A stretch of DNA of 63,989 nucleotides, counting the filler, from Basidioascus undulatus (lineage: Eukaryota), in NCBI GenBank assembly GCA_000826855.1. It is 5 parts of 5 records of this genome, joined end to end, with 100 filler letters (N's around TTAATTAATTAA, not from the genome) between each part and the next. Parts side by side here need not be neighbours in the genome. Positions count along the whole stretch, not along the records: positions 52,148 to 63,989 come from JTLS01000975.1; 4 more parts are not named here. One strand, written 5' to 3'. Of the stretch, positions 52,224 to 63,989 are shown piece after piece. Position numbers and translations under genes: made by a program. The notes below the pieces were generated by a model. The model was not told the DNA's origin, made no database searches, and saw nothing but the letters and a program-made list of their open reading frames with translations. Every line of letters starts with the position of its first letter. The stretch's first letter is position 1.

Positions 52224-53281
52224 ATGATCGAGCGCATTCAGCGCGCGAACATCCAGGACGAGGCTTCCCCCGGCCCGCGCGGGAAAGTCTCTGACTTCCT
52301 CGTTAAGCTGTGGCAGTGCGTCGGCTGCCGCGAGGTGGGAAGGGCTGCTGAAAGCTGCTGAGAGCTGACTGTGCGTGGGTTGGGTGGGGTGGAATACAGG
52401 CTTCTTGAAGAGCCTGGCGTAGCCCAAGTTATCTGCTGGAGCGACGACGGGACGAGTATCGTCCTACTCAAGCCGCACACACTCGAGAGCCTCCTGCTCG
52501 AGCACAGTGTGTCTGCCCTCCACTCCCATTGCACAGCTCCCCTGCCTTCTAAAAGCTTTATACCAACAGCATACAAAATTAAGAAAGTCGACAGCCTCGC
52601 GCGGCAGCTCAACGTCCTTCGGCGCTCGAACGCGGACAGACGCGGGTCACTGACACTGTTACTTCGAAACGCAGATCTATGGTTTCTCGCGCAGCCAGGC
52701 TTTGGAAGGTGTATTCGGACCTGCAAGAGGATGAGGTGCCTCTGCCCTTCTTTTTACCTTTACTGAAGGCAGCCGCTAAGTTTGTGCAACCCTTGCGCAA
52801 GGCGCATGCTGCTGGACTCATCCGACGCTGTGCCCACTTTCACTAAGCCAGGGGTGCAGATCTTCATATGATCCCTCATATTTCTGCCCCTTTCCACAGT
52901 ACGCGCTCTACCCCCCTCTCCGAAGTCTACGCCCACAAGCGGGACGTCACCCTGGGCCCTCTCGGCCAAAAGGGCAAGCGCAGCGCCTCCCTCTCCACCT
53001 CTTCCCTCAACAAACCAACGTGCCCGGTCCGCCGGGTGGAGTACCAGCCCTTACCCAGCACCTCTCGCACATGCCGCCGCAAGATCGCCTCTCCCTCCTA
53101 CGCTCCAGTCCCCACCTTCGCATTCGACGAGCCCGCCCCGCTTCCCTCGCTGTCGCTGGACGCGGACTGGCCCTTCGCCGCTCTCAACGCAGCGACAGTA
53201 CCCCCGTTCGGGCTTTACGACCCGCCTCCTCGTGCTGTTCCCCCGCCATCGTCTCTGCTCAAAGAACATCCCAGCTACTAA
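52224..53281 (+). CDS. HSF-type DNA-binding domain protein (divergent)
   Basis: Spliced DFLVKLWQ/LLEEPGVAQVICWSDDGTSIVL..EH/TYKIKKVDSLARQLN/IYGF matches the HSF DBD consensus (F..KLW..I.WS..G..RQLN.YGF). The frame may start upstream of 52224. Confidence 0.8.
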
Positions 53282-53995
53282 CTCGCTTCGCCCCGCTAGA
53301 GCCGGCGCAGCTGCCTGCCGCGATGCGTCCGCTGGGGCTGGGGGAGTACGTGCTTGAATAGTTGGGCCAGATAGTTGGGCGAGGGAGGCCGGCGGTGTAC
53401 ATAGGGAGAGGAAAGAACGGTGCCTGAACGCCAGCAGTGGTAGGGAGTTTTCGGGCGGCGGGTCGTGTAGGCGCGTTGAACGGTTGTCTGACATTTTAGA
53501 AAAATGAGAGTGCAGAGTGATGATTCCTTCCCGCTGTACAACAAACGTCTGATCTCGTCTTAAATACATTATACGCGTCTGCAGCCAAGCTTTCAGAACT
53601 CAACCACCAATGCCTTCTTGCAATGCCTGCCATGCGATGGTTCCGCGAGGTCGCCCCCACGGACATCTCGACAGTCTTGTCTGAAACGATACGGCTTGTT
53701 CTGGCCTCTTTTAAAGTACCAAGTATTCCCAAGGTCAGCGGCATGTAAAAATCTATTGCGGCGTGAATTTTGCGCTCTTTCACAGCGTTCTGTCGACACT
53801 CCTTTTCGCAGCTTTGTTTTTGCCTCCTCATCGCAGCACAAAACCCGGCTGTCCCGAACCTCTTCATTGCAAATTTTTCTCTCGATTTCAGCCTAAAGTA
53901 CAAGATAACTTGGTATACACAATTGGTATCACCCATGACAGCCAGCCACCGTTTTTCTGAGCAAGACAATCCGGACGCAACGCGTGTAAGCTAGA

Positions 53996-55879
53996 CTACG
54001 CAGCTACGGACATCGTAGGGATCTCGCCGATTAAGCTTGGCCGCCCCGAACGGAGCGAGCGTAACGTTGAACACATCGCCGGCGCACTTGTTGGGACTGG
54101 GCGGCGGCCAGTCGGCAGCGCCCTCTGCGACCGCCCATTCGATCTCGCACGCGGCTGCAGTGAGCGTGACGGTGCTCCGGGGGCCCAAGCGTAGTAGGGC
54201 ATGCTGGTGAGTTTGGCCGAGTTGTCGTTCACGGTGAGAGTGGTAGGGTCGATGGCGAGACGCCAGTTGGTCGTGGGCAGGAGGGTGTGGTCGTGAGCTT
54301 GGTGGACCCACTGCGCAGGATGGGGCGCTGTTAGTGTGTTAGACTTTGATTAAGGGATTTGTCCAGAATGCTTACAGGAGTCGTGTAGTTCTCTGGAATG
54401 TCAGGGAGAGTCGCAAGGTAGCCGAGCGCCTGGGGATTCCTGCAGCAGCAACACACATGACGCTGAGATCTGCCCGACTCTGAGATACTGCCCAAAAGTC
54501 GCTTACTTCCATGCGAGAGTAGAAGTGGTGTTGTATGGCAGCTCGACAGCGTAGTTGAGCGGACCACGGTGGACTGCAATTGAGCCATTCGAGCGCTCCT
54601 CGATCTCCACCGGCATGTCGAGTTGCACATGAAGAACTGTCGTCCCCGCCTCGACCTGAACGGAGCCTCTGCTTTTCAGTCGAGGTGCCTGATGCAAACT
54701 CAAAATAACTCACCGATACGGTCTGAATATATGACGTGGCGTTTAGTTCGAGCGCGAGTGCCTCCCCGTCATTGAGAGCGATGGTGCTGAGCGAGCTGCC
54801 CTGCGCCCACGATGGCACGCGGATGCCGAATGTGAACGGCTCGGAGGCGGTCAGAGTGTACGTAAAGGTCGACCCGAAAGGATAAATTGTGTCGACAGTG
54901 ACTATGCAAGTTCTACTTAGCCAATTCAGCGGAAATCATGATGGGCAGTACGCTCTCACCCTCGACCTCGCTTCCGCCGCCCAAAGTGCCAGAGAAGTGG
55001 ACCGGCCCGAGCAGCGCGTGAACGAGTAGGTCCCCGGCATCATTAGAGAAGAATGAATGCGCCCAGAACTTGGGATAGCCCTGAGGGTGGTTGACCGTGC
55101 AGCAGGGGTAGTTTCTGGGCATGGTTTCGCTCAAGAGACATGAGCGCAAAGTCCCTTTGTTTGCAGCCTGGATAAGAAGCGCACGGTTCAAGTCCGAATA
55201 CGTTTAGTACCCGCTGTTGATGAAGAAGGGGTCGGCATCCGACATATTCTTTGCCCAGACCTGGTTGACTGCGAAAGACCGCCAGTCTCAGCTGTGTGAT
55301 CTGTGGTGCGCTGTCGACCCTTCATACCCTGTTGGTCGTATTGGTGGGCTGCGCCGGCCACGAAAAGGGAAGGCATCAGCAAGTCCCGTGAACAGATGTG
55401 AGGATTTTGCGTACACCACCAATCGGGCATGATCGTTGCAGGCAGAGCGTTGTAGGCTGTGGTTTCAGACAGCCAGCGTCAGAACAGGGTGTAAAGAGGA
55501 CAACGGCACGTTTGTTACTCACCGAGCTTCTCGACTCGATCCGCGACCGAATTGTCGCCGAACAGCTGGTAGATGAGCTCGAGCGAGTACATTTCCTCTC
55601 TGTCGTTACCGAGTAAGCTCACGAAAGTCTCAAAACACACGAGACGTACACGACGGTGCAGAGTTCGGTGCTGCCCGGATAAATCAGCTCTCAACAACAG
55701 CACAATAGAAGTATAGAAAGTTTCCAAACTCGCCCTCGAGATGGACCAAGACCGGCAAGGTGCTCGTCCGCCCCGAAAGTCCCTGCAAGCAAGCGCATGG
55801 AGGGTGAGTTTTGACTGCATGCGGCTGAAGGTACTGGATAGGGCACACCAGAGGACCGCCCATGGTACTTGTGCACCAA
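53996..55879 (-). pseudogene. GH127/DUF1680-like beta-L-arabinofuranosidase, C-terminal half, frameshifted
   Basis: GTFGADEHLAGLGPSRGTELCTVV, AYNALPA, AHQYDQQ.NQV, NVFGLEP, NYPCCTVNHPQGYPKF, YPF..IRVPSWA and RGPLNYAV. Frameshifts near 55205, 54172 and 54031; N-terminal half not found. Confidence 0.82.
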
Positions 55880-56301
55880 CTTTATGCGGTTCCGGGTACT
55901 CTCTATATCGCTCTCATTGTGGGTGAAGCGGTAGGCGAGGGCTTCCGACTTGAGAGCTGCGAATGACGTCGTGTTTAGTAGCTTGCCCTGCTGCGAGTGA
56001 AGGAGAGTGCAAGCGTCACCTTCGGCAATGTTGACACCATGACTGAAAGCAACTTTTCAGTAGTCCAAGCAATACCCGCAATACCGAAAAGACAGACTAA
56101 TTTTTTTTCAGAAAGCAGAGACCTGCGTGCCTTTCCACTGCAGCTCCATCCGCACGGGGGAGATGCTGCAGCGAGCCAAAATTTAGAAAAAGGGAAGAAA
56201 ATACGCCACGGCCTCATTGGCGACGTCCGGCTGCCACATCGCAGAGTCAAAATAGCGCAACGATGTCCAAGCGACGAAGTCGACTCGACCAGCTGACCAG
56301 G

Positions 56302-56948
56302 TTATTCGTCGCTTACGGACATGTTGCGAGGGCTGCAGCCCTGGGAAATGGAAGCGGCCTGCACAGCAAATTCGAAGTCAAGACTCGGAGACATCTTCCA
56401 CGGAACAGATACAGGACGTACCTCTAGATCGCAGTCGGAAACCGACGGTGTACGATATCTGCACGACATGCAGAAACGACGCGATAAGCTTACTGAGTGG
56501 CTGGAAGAGATCGAACGCACCGTCACGTCGGACACAAACCCCAGGGCGAGACTGCGCTCGTTCCATCCCTCATCGTCTCCGCATTCTATCAAAAGTCGAG
56601 TGTAACGTTTGTTATTGATATTTGAAAGTTTTGGAAGACAAGATGCCCCAGACCGCTAACCTCGCGAACGAGAATCCAGCCTTGCTGGAACACGACAGCC
56701 GCGGTCTGCCCCTCGACGCCCCTGGCCAACACGTACAAAGCGAGAGCGCTGTCGAGCCCGAGCATGACGACCAGAGTGGCGATGGTGCTGAGAAGGTCAG
56801 ACAGCTCAGGTGGGTGCGCGTGCGCGGCACCATATGAAGGTGGGTCGATGCCGGCGGAGCGCCAGGTGGTTGGAACGAGTGGCGTGTGCGAAGTTTCGCG
56901 CGAGAGGGGATAGTCTTTCAGAGGTACGGACTCGTAAGGCTCAGACAT
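56302..56948 (-). CDS. Hypothetical membrane protein
   Basis: ATG 56948 ORF with a PPSY motif and a hydrophobic segment (IATLVVMLGLDSALALYVLA); probable intron near 56600-56665. Confidence 0.35.
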
Positions 56949-57737
56949 TGTGGTTCTGTGTGGGGTGGATGATGGAGAAGTCTGAAATCAAAGCGGAGGA
57001 GGTCGTGAAGGATTGAATAAAATCCACCCTATTCAGACGGCGCGGCACGGGGCAAGTTGACTGTGCTCGCGAGTCGCAAGTACACGCTGAATGTCGGATT
57101 TGCTCGGCGGGTTTTTCGTTCCTTGAATTCGTAACCGGCCTCAACTTGCATAGCATGATCCGTCGATCGCTGAAGCTTATTTTACAGCTGTGAAAGCAGA
57201 AGACACAGCCGCCCTTGCACAGTACACTTGCTGCGTATGTGCGTGTGTTCCGTTGACATTGTACGGATTGCGGATATCTGCATGATCCAGAACAGCCTGT
57301 TCATGGTAGAGGTTGCAAACCGACTACCCGCTTCTACCAGTGCGCGGACTCGATGTAAACAGCGCCCAGCAGCAACAGCCACATTGCCAGCTGGCCCGCT
57401 GTTGCGTTTCGCGGCGAATCAGGACAACCCTACAGCGTATGCTCAAGCTTATCACAGCTACCGACGTACCAGCGCACCCCTCCGGCTTGAGTGCACACTC
57501 ACCTCGCCTCTCAAAATTCTGACATGAAGACACATGACATTGCATGACAACTTCCATGGTGACTCTTGTTAGCCACCATGTGTATCCTTCATGACATATA
57601 CTTCCGCAGAAGCGCCTCTTGTTGTAGCAAGTCGACAGATTTGCAAGGCAACAGGCGTTATCCACACCCACGCACCCGCACACCCCCTGTTCCGCGAAAC
57701 TAACAGCCGGCATGAAGTCGGCTGCCGCTCATAAATT

Positions 57738-57795
57738 TTGTGTGTGTGCGTGTTTGTCTGTATGATGTAGGTACGTACGTAGGTACGTAGTACAG
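57738..57795. repeat. TG and GTAC microsatellite-like tract
   Basis: tgtgtgtgtgcgtg and gtaggtacgtacgtaggtacgtagtac directly visible downstream of the kinase stop. Confidence 0.6.
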
Positions 57796-58295
57796 GCCGA
57801 AGCAAGGCGGGAAAAGAAAGGGTGTTGCGGGCTACAAAAGCAAAGCAAAGCCTAGCCCGACCATAGCGGGCCGCGTCAAAAAAGGGGGTAAAAATGGGTG
57901 GTCGTGAATTGAAAAACCCAACGGGGGAATCAGAAACTGGAAGTGAAGGTTAGACTTGAATGCCGAAGCGATCGACAGAGTGGGCAGGGTTGCAAGGGAA
58001 AGCGTGCATGGCCGGAACGTTGAACCGAACGGGAAAAAGCCATTAGGCGCGTGAGGCAATAGGGGGTAAATTGAAGATGTGGTGGTGGGTGTGATGAGCG
58101 TGGATGCGATAGTTGATGGTAAATGCCGGGGAAAGTGAACGACAGAGGCGGACGGACGGACGGACATGACCCAAGGACCGAGGAGACAAGACCAAGCGAA
58201 GCGGGCATGAGAAGATGCAATGAAGGAAGGGAGAAGAGTGCCGAATGTTCCGCCAAGTGCGAGTACGGGTGAGGGAATGGGACGGAATGGGGGGG

Positions 58296-60670
58296 CTAGT
58301 ATCCCGGCTCGGTGACGCGCGTGACGCTGCTGAACTCGGAGAAGGGGTCGTCCTCGGGCGTGTCTGCGCCCGGACTGAGCCCCGCCCCGGCCACGCCACG
58401 AATGAGCGTCGTCTGCCCGTCGAGGTCGAGCGAGCGCGAGTCGCGCAGGTTTCGGAAGTTGACGGCGTCCTGGGAGTTTCCAATGAGCGGGTCAGTTCCC
58501 TGTGTCCCCTCAATAAAATAGAAGTGAGGGGAAGACGCACGATGCCATTCGATGCGGCCGGTACGATCTGTGTCAACTCACTCATGATAAGCATTCCATA
58601 GTCAGGGGAAATTGAAGGAAACGCGACGCACAGGCGGTTTGAGGTTCCTCAGTAGACCCCAGCTAATAGGCGCGAACCACTTGTGAGTCTTGACTTCGCT
58701 CGCGCCCGAGCCGGAGCCGAGGCGCTTGTGCTCGTCCTTGATGAGCAGCTTGCGGATGAGCGCCTTGCACGTGCTGCTCGCCTGCGGGTGTTCCGGGAAG
58801 GAGACATCGTTCCGCAGGATGTTCGCGAACGTCGCGTTCCGGTTCGGGCCTTTGAACGGGGTCGTCGCGAACTGGAGCGGGTCGGAGTAAGGGGATGAGC
58901 GGTGAGGGAGGGGGGTGAGTGGAAGGAGGGCAAGGAAGGGGGACGCACAATCATCTCGTAGATGAGGATCCCGAGCGTCCACCAATCTACCGCGGACGTG
59001 TGTCCATGCCCGCGAATCACTTCCGGCGCAATGTATTCTGCGAGTCCCACAGGCCACGATCAGTCCCGAGCCTCCACAAACCCTTTCCAACAACTCCAGA
59101 AGATGCACCCTCCGTGCCGACAAACGAGTTTGTTCGGAAGTCCGCGATGCATGACCGTGTGTCGATTAGAGGGACCTGAGGGACCAAACGCAGTTCAGTG
59201 AGAAACCGCGGGCGAGATATGGTAAAAGCGAGAGGACGCACGCCGTTGGAGCCTGTTCGGACGGTGGGCGGCGCGCCACCGGGCTCGCTGCCTTGCTTGG
59301 AGAGGTCAAAATCGGAGAGCATGAGGTGGCCAGACTGATGAAGGAGAATGTCTGCGAGGGCATCCGAAAAGCCATGTCCATCCATCAGCGACCACTCCCT
59401 CATCCCCGTTGGCTCCCTCCCTTCCCCCGACTCCCTTCGCCCAGAGCAGCGACTCACTCTCCGGCTTCAGATCCCTATAGATGAAGCCCATCAAGTGAAG
59501 GTACTCGAGCGCGGCGATGACCTCGGCAGCGTAGAAGCGGGCGTCCTCCTCGGCGAGGCACTTGCCCGGGCGCGTCTGCAGCGCGCGGAAGAACTCGCCG
59601 CCCATGCAGTACTCCATGCAGAGGTAGAGGTACGCGGGCGACTGGAACGAGTGGTGCAGCGTCACGATGAACGGGTGGTTCGAGGTCGCGAGGATCTCCT
59701 GTGAAGGAGAGGGAGGGGTTCAGCGGAGGGATGAGAAGGGGAAGGTCGGTTAGGACGGACTTGTTCTGCTAGAGCGCGCTTGATCTTGTTGCGCTTGATC
59801 ATCTCCTTCTTGGACAAGACTACCCGCCCAGTCCAGTGGTCAGATCCGTGATCCTCCCAACCAGGCCAGCTGGGAGAGGAAGCCGGGAGATGGAATGAGC
59901 ACCTTTCATAGCGTACAGCTTGTCCGTCTTCTTTTCTCGAACGAGGTACACCTTCCCCACGTCCCCCTTGCCCAGGAGCTTGATCTTCTGGAACGAAGCG
60001 GGCGTGACCTCGACCTGCGCGATTCCACCCCCAACGCAGCATGAGCGTCGCGCACCCGGACCTTCCTCCGTCTCCCACGCCGACTCACCGACCGCGTCTT
60101 TATCGAATTACTCGAGTACGTTCTCCTGAACCCAGTCCGATGTGTGTCCTCCCCGCTGTCCTTGCCGTGCGCGCCGCCGGGCCCCTGCGCGGGCGCAGAG
60201 CCCTTGCCAACCGTGGCGCTGCGGGCCTTGTTCCCACGCACGGAGCCGAAGTGGGAGCTGATGCCGGAAGAGACTGTGCTGGTCGTGCGCTCGCTCGACA
60301 GCGAGGGCGTGCTCGGCTTCGTGGGCGTCGCGGGCGGGGGGATGTGTTCTGGGCTGAGCAGGCCGTTGCTGGCGTGCGTGGGAGAGGCGCCCGCGCCGGC
60401 GCCCTTCTTGGAGGAGTGGCCGCCCCCGGAGAAGAGGGCTTTAGCGTTGGGCGGGGAGGCGACGCGGCGGAGGAAGCGGGATGCGGCGGAGGATGGGGAG
60501 GAGGGGGAGGTGGAGGAGGAGGGGACGGGCGGCGGCGAGAGCTGGGGCACCGTCAGTCCGCGGTGCTTGCCCGACCCGTTAGGCGCGGCGGAAGCGGGGG
60601 AGAAATAGCTGGAGGAGGAGGACCCCTTTGCTGATGGGCTCTCGACGAATTGTGGTGGGGAGGGCGTGGG
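58296..60670 (-). CDS. FPK1: AGC-family Ser/Thr kinase of the FPK1/KIN82/NRC-2 (phototropin-related) group; 5' end missing
   Basis: [64 protein letters not shown] (DFD variant), [16 protein letters not shown] and a terminal PFSEFSSVT hydrophobic motif. Stop TAG at 58296-58298. Confidence 0.92.
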
Positions 60671-63006
60671 CGAAGGGGAGGATCGCTTGTTGGAAAATGA
60701 GCCGGAGGACGAGGAGCCGCGGCCGCCGCCCAAGCGTCGCGGTCGACCCCGGAAGGACCAAGGCAAAGCGCCCGCGGTGCCCGCATCCGACGACGACGAA
60801 GCCACGGCCTCTCCTCCCAGGCACCGGCGACGCGACTCCGAAGCGTCCATCCCCGACTCAGAGCCGGGGCGCGAAGCCGAGTCGTCCTCGGCGCGGCACG
60901 CGGCCGACGCAGACGCGGACGAAGCGAGCTTCGACCTCGGCCCGCCGCTCGAGGTGCTCGCGCGGCGCTCGCAGCCCCCGCCGTCCGCGCCCAAGAGCAG
61001 GAAGCGCAAGGCCGCGAGCCCGAACCCGTTCGATGACGATGCGCCGACGGAGAAGCGCCCGCGCGCGACGTTCGAGGAGGGCGACGAGTTTGGGCTTGGC
61101 GATGGGCCCGGCTATGCGTACAACGTTGGACCCGCCGTGGACTGGGACGACCTCCCTCCCCCTCGGGACCCCACCGCGCCCGCGCCCGCGCCGGGAAGCG
61201 GCAGCGTCGTACCGGATTCGCAGTCCCAACAGCAGCTGCAGCTGCAGCAGCGGGAGGCGGACATCAGCCTCTCGGGCGACTCGGCGTCCACTGGGCACGG
61301 GGCGGCAGCCGGAACGAAGACGACGACTACTACGACCACGACCACTACGACTTCCTCCACCAGCTCCGCTGTTGCTGCCCTCGCTCTCGGCCCCGTCAAG
61401 GTCATGAGCGCCACGACGCTGGGGAACCTCGAGCGCGAGCGCCTCGCGCGGGAAGACCCGCCGACGTCGCCGATCGAGCAGTTCCCCACTCAACCCTCTC
61501 CCTCTCCCGCTCCCTCCCCCGCGGCCGCACCGTCTCCCAGCAAGGAACAGCAGCAACAGAACGTGGGTCTTCTCAGTCGTGTCTTTGGTTGGTTCGCGGG
61601 CGGTTCGAGCGCGATGGGTTGAGGGTCCATGCCGTGCCAGGTGCGCCTTGAGGGCGCAGGACGCTTTTTCGCTTCTTACGTTTCTGGGGGTTTAGGTTAG
61701 GGGATGACTGTACCGCTATCTGCTTTTGCATGACATGTTGTTGATTGTACGGTTCTCTTTTTCGTGGGTGTGGACAGGACGAGGTCACGCAGCAAGATCG
61801 AGAGCCGACACCCGAGCCCGCTCCCGTTCCCGCTCCCGCTGAGCCGGAGACGACGGCGGCCAAAGTCAATGGGCACGCCAAACCGCCCGCGCCCGCACCC
61901 GCGCCCGCAGCCGCGCCCGCGTCGGCCCCGTCCCTGCCGTCGTCGCACCCGGCGTCGAGCTACTCGCTGGTGGATACGACCCAGTTTGTGAGTTCGTGGC
62001 TTGTCCAATGGGGAGAGGATTGCTTGTGCTGATGCGTTTCGTTTTGCTACAGGCGCGCGAGCAGCTCGAGGACTCGTTCAAGCGGACGAATGCGGACTGC
62101 GACGAGCTGCAAGCCCGTCTCGCGGAGAAGGACACGGAGATGCTCGCGCTGCGGGCAGACTTTGAGCGCGCTAAGCAGCGGATCGAAGCTTTGGAAGCGT
62201 CCAAGGCGTCGCTGTCGAGCGAGCGCGACTTCATCCACGAGCAGTACAACACCGCGTCTGCAGCAGCAGCCGAGTTCCGGCGCGAGCTGACCGCGCTCGA
62301 GGGTGCGAACGCGCGGCTCAAGGCGCAGCTCGACGCGGGCTTGAAGGGCCATGCGCGCTTCCAGCGCTCGGTCGTGCGCGAGCTGGAGGGCAAGGTGAGG
62401 CGGATGGAGGCGCAGCGGAAGCTGGAGATGGACCAGGCGGCCCGGACGGATAGGGAAGACGTGCGCAGGCGCGCGGCGGAGGAGCCCCAGCTGCGGTACG
62501 AGCTGGGCGTGGCGAAGCGCGCGCTGCAGAAGGCGCAGGACGCGCTCGAGGAGGAACGCGAGGAGCGCGAGGAGAAGGAGAGGACGGCGGAGAGGCTTGA
62601 GGGGGAGGTGGAGCGCCTGAGGGCCAAGCTGGCGGCGCTGGAGTGCAAGCGGAAGGCGCTGGGTCTGCGCACGACCCGCGCAGACAGCGAGGACGACGAC
62701 CCGGACTACGAGGCGTCCGACGCGTCCTCCTCCTCGCGCGAGGCCGTCCGGCAACGCACCCCCACCCTCGTCCCCTCCGAGCACTACCCCCCCTCCTACA
62801 GCTTCAATCTCTACCCCAGTGCCAGAGTCTACTCCAGCTTCCGGGCGCACCCGAACCTTCGGCCGCACCCAAACCCGCTACCGCACCTGTCCGCACTGCA
62901 GAGTCGGTCTGGTAACGGGCTGAGCCCCTCCGTGCATGGTGGCGCACCCTTGTCGTGCATGTCCCCGGCACCTGGCCGCTCTCAGAGCCGCTCTTTGACA
63001 TTGTGA
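60666..63006 (+). CDS. AT-hook plus long coiled-coil nuclear protein; 5' end missing
   Basis: KRRGRPRK AT-hook, an acidic/Pro-rich disordered region, introns near 61620-61777 and 61988-62051, and a coiled coil at 62052-62700. No upstream ATG; the sequence changes character after about 62760. Confidence 0.65.
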
Positions 63007-63989
63007 AACAATATGGCGAGCCGGGGACTATGTGTGTCTCATCCTCAGCCGCATTTTTTTTTTAGTAATGTCCGGCTGATATGACCTGTTTCTCCGTTGC
63101 AATGCAGCACTGCCACTTCCAACCACTGCTTCATGTTCTCCTTCACACAGTGTGCGAATATCCAGGAAGCCTTCGCCATCTACACCCACTTCCACAACAT
63201 GCGCTTCCTCACCATCCCCTCTGCCTGCATGTCTGATGGCATGCCCCTGCATGTCGAGTTCTTCACCCCTGGCAACCTCGGATACCCCCAAGCAGTAAAG
63301 GAGCTTGGCATGGACACTGCAGTCCCAAAGGTGCAGCTGCTCAGGGACATGGACGAGTATGCCTAATTGATACCATGGTGTTTGACAGTGGAGTGACTCA
63401 CCACCTCGACACCGCCTGCAAATCCTGTGCTCCTTCCCGCCTGACGACTGGCGTGACTGCGTCTCACAGTTTTCACAGATTTGGTACTTGTGGGTACCAG
63501 CTGCCACTCTTGGTAGGGGATGGGTGTCGTACTAGAAAGTAAAATGAGGTGGAGGGGAGCGGGAGAAAGAAGGAGGGTGGAAAGAAGAGAGGGAATCCTG
63601 GGGTCGTGGCAAGAACGTTGATGTCGAGTGGCAGAATCAGATGGGATGTTCACATGAGGTGTCTTTGCCATCAATATTCAGGTAACATATTGGGTGGAAC
63701 ACTCAATATGCTGACTTTCATAAGTGTCTTCTGGCACATCTTGTCTAAGGTGACTTACCGGGAGCCTGAGGTGACTGACCAAGCAGGCTGCTTCACCTGG
63801 GTGGTGAGTGATTTGTCATGGCTCAGTGGAGCTGGTTCCAGAATATTGAATTCAGGGAATCTAAGACCTTCAAGTATTGTGAGGATGAAGGTGTGGTGAC
63901 CATGAAGATACCTGTCTGTCAGGATCCGGCAGAGCGAAGCAGACCGCAACGGGGGCTACCCGGGGCTTGTGGGGGCAATGGTTGATTAC
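63000..63989. other. CpG-depleted, TG/CA-rich degenerate sequence (probable methylated repeat or gene relic)
   Basis: By eye CG dinucleotides are scarce and TG/CA abundant relative to the flanking genes; broken reading frames end in TGA. Confidence 0.45.

Noticed and set aside
51902..52320. Pro-rich ORF start as the N-terminus of the HSF-like gene
   Set aside because: The two pieces are on different contigs across a spacer.

Overview
Intron-rich, GC-rich fungal nuclear DNA. It is most likely a basidiomycete; GTGCG/GTGAG/GTCCG donors, CTGAC branch sites and 50-100 nt introns suggest Pucciniomycotina, but that is inference. The window is not one locus. It is five contigs (1-12959, 13060-26016, 26117-39038, 39139-52047, 52148-end) joined by identical 100-nt N44-TTAATTAATTAA-N44 spacers and ordered by decreasing length, so gene order across spacers has no biological meaning. 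Recognisable genes: Ime2/Crk1-like kinase, formate/nitrite transporter, forkhead transcription factor (5'-truncated), VPS25 head-to-head with DNA ligase IV (3'-truncated), a Ser/Thr-rich single-pass membrane protein, NBS1, an auxin-efflux-carrier-family transporter, two secreted proteins, an HSF-type factor, an FPK1/KIN82/NRC-2 AGC kinase and an AT-hook/coiled-coil protein. Several accessory genes carry disabling lesions (aryl-alcohol dehydrogenase, DHA1 MFS transporter, GH127-like hydrolase). The most notable items are a frameshifted mitochondrial cob fragment (NUMT) inside a patchwork of gene fragments, an orphan last exon of eIF2-alpha, and two headless genes fused 5'-to-5' near 60670. These point to rearrangement or chimeric assembly. 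I found no well-supported novel biological system. All family calls come from recognising motifs by eye; no database search was run.
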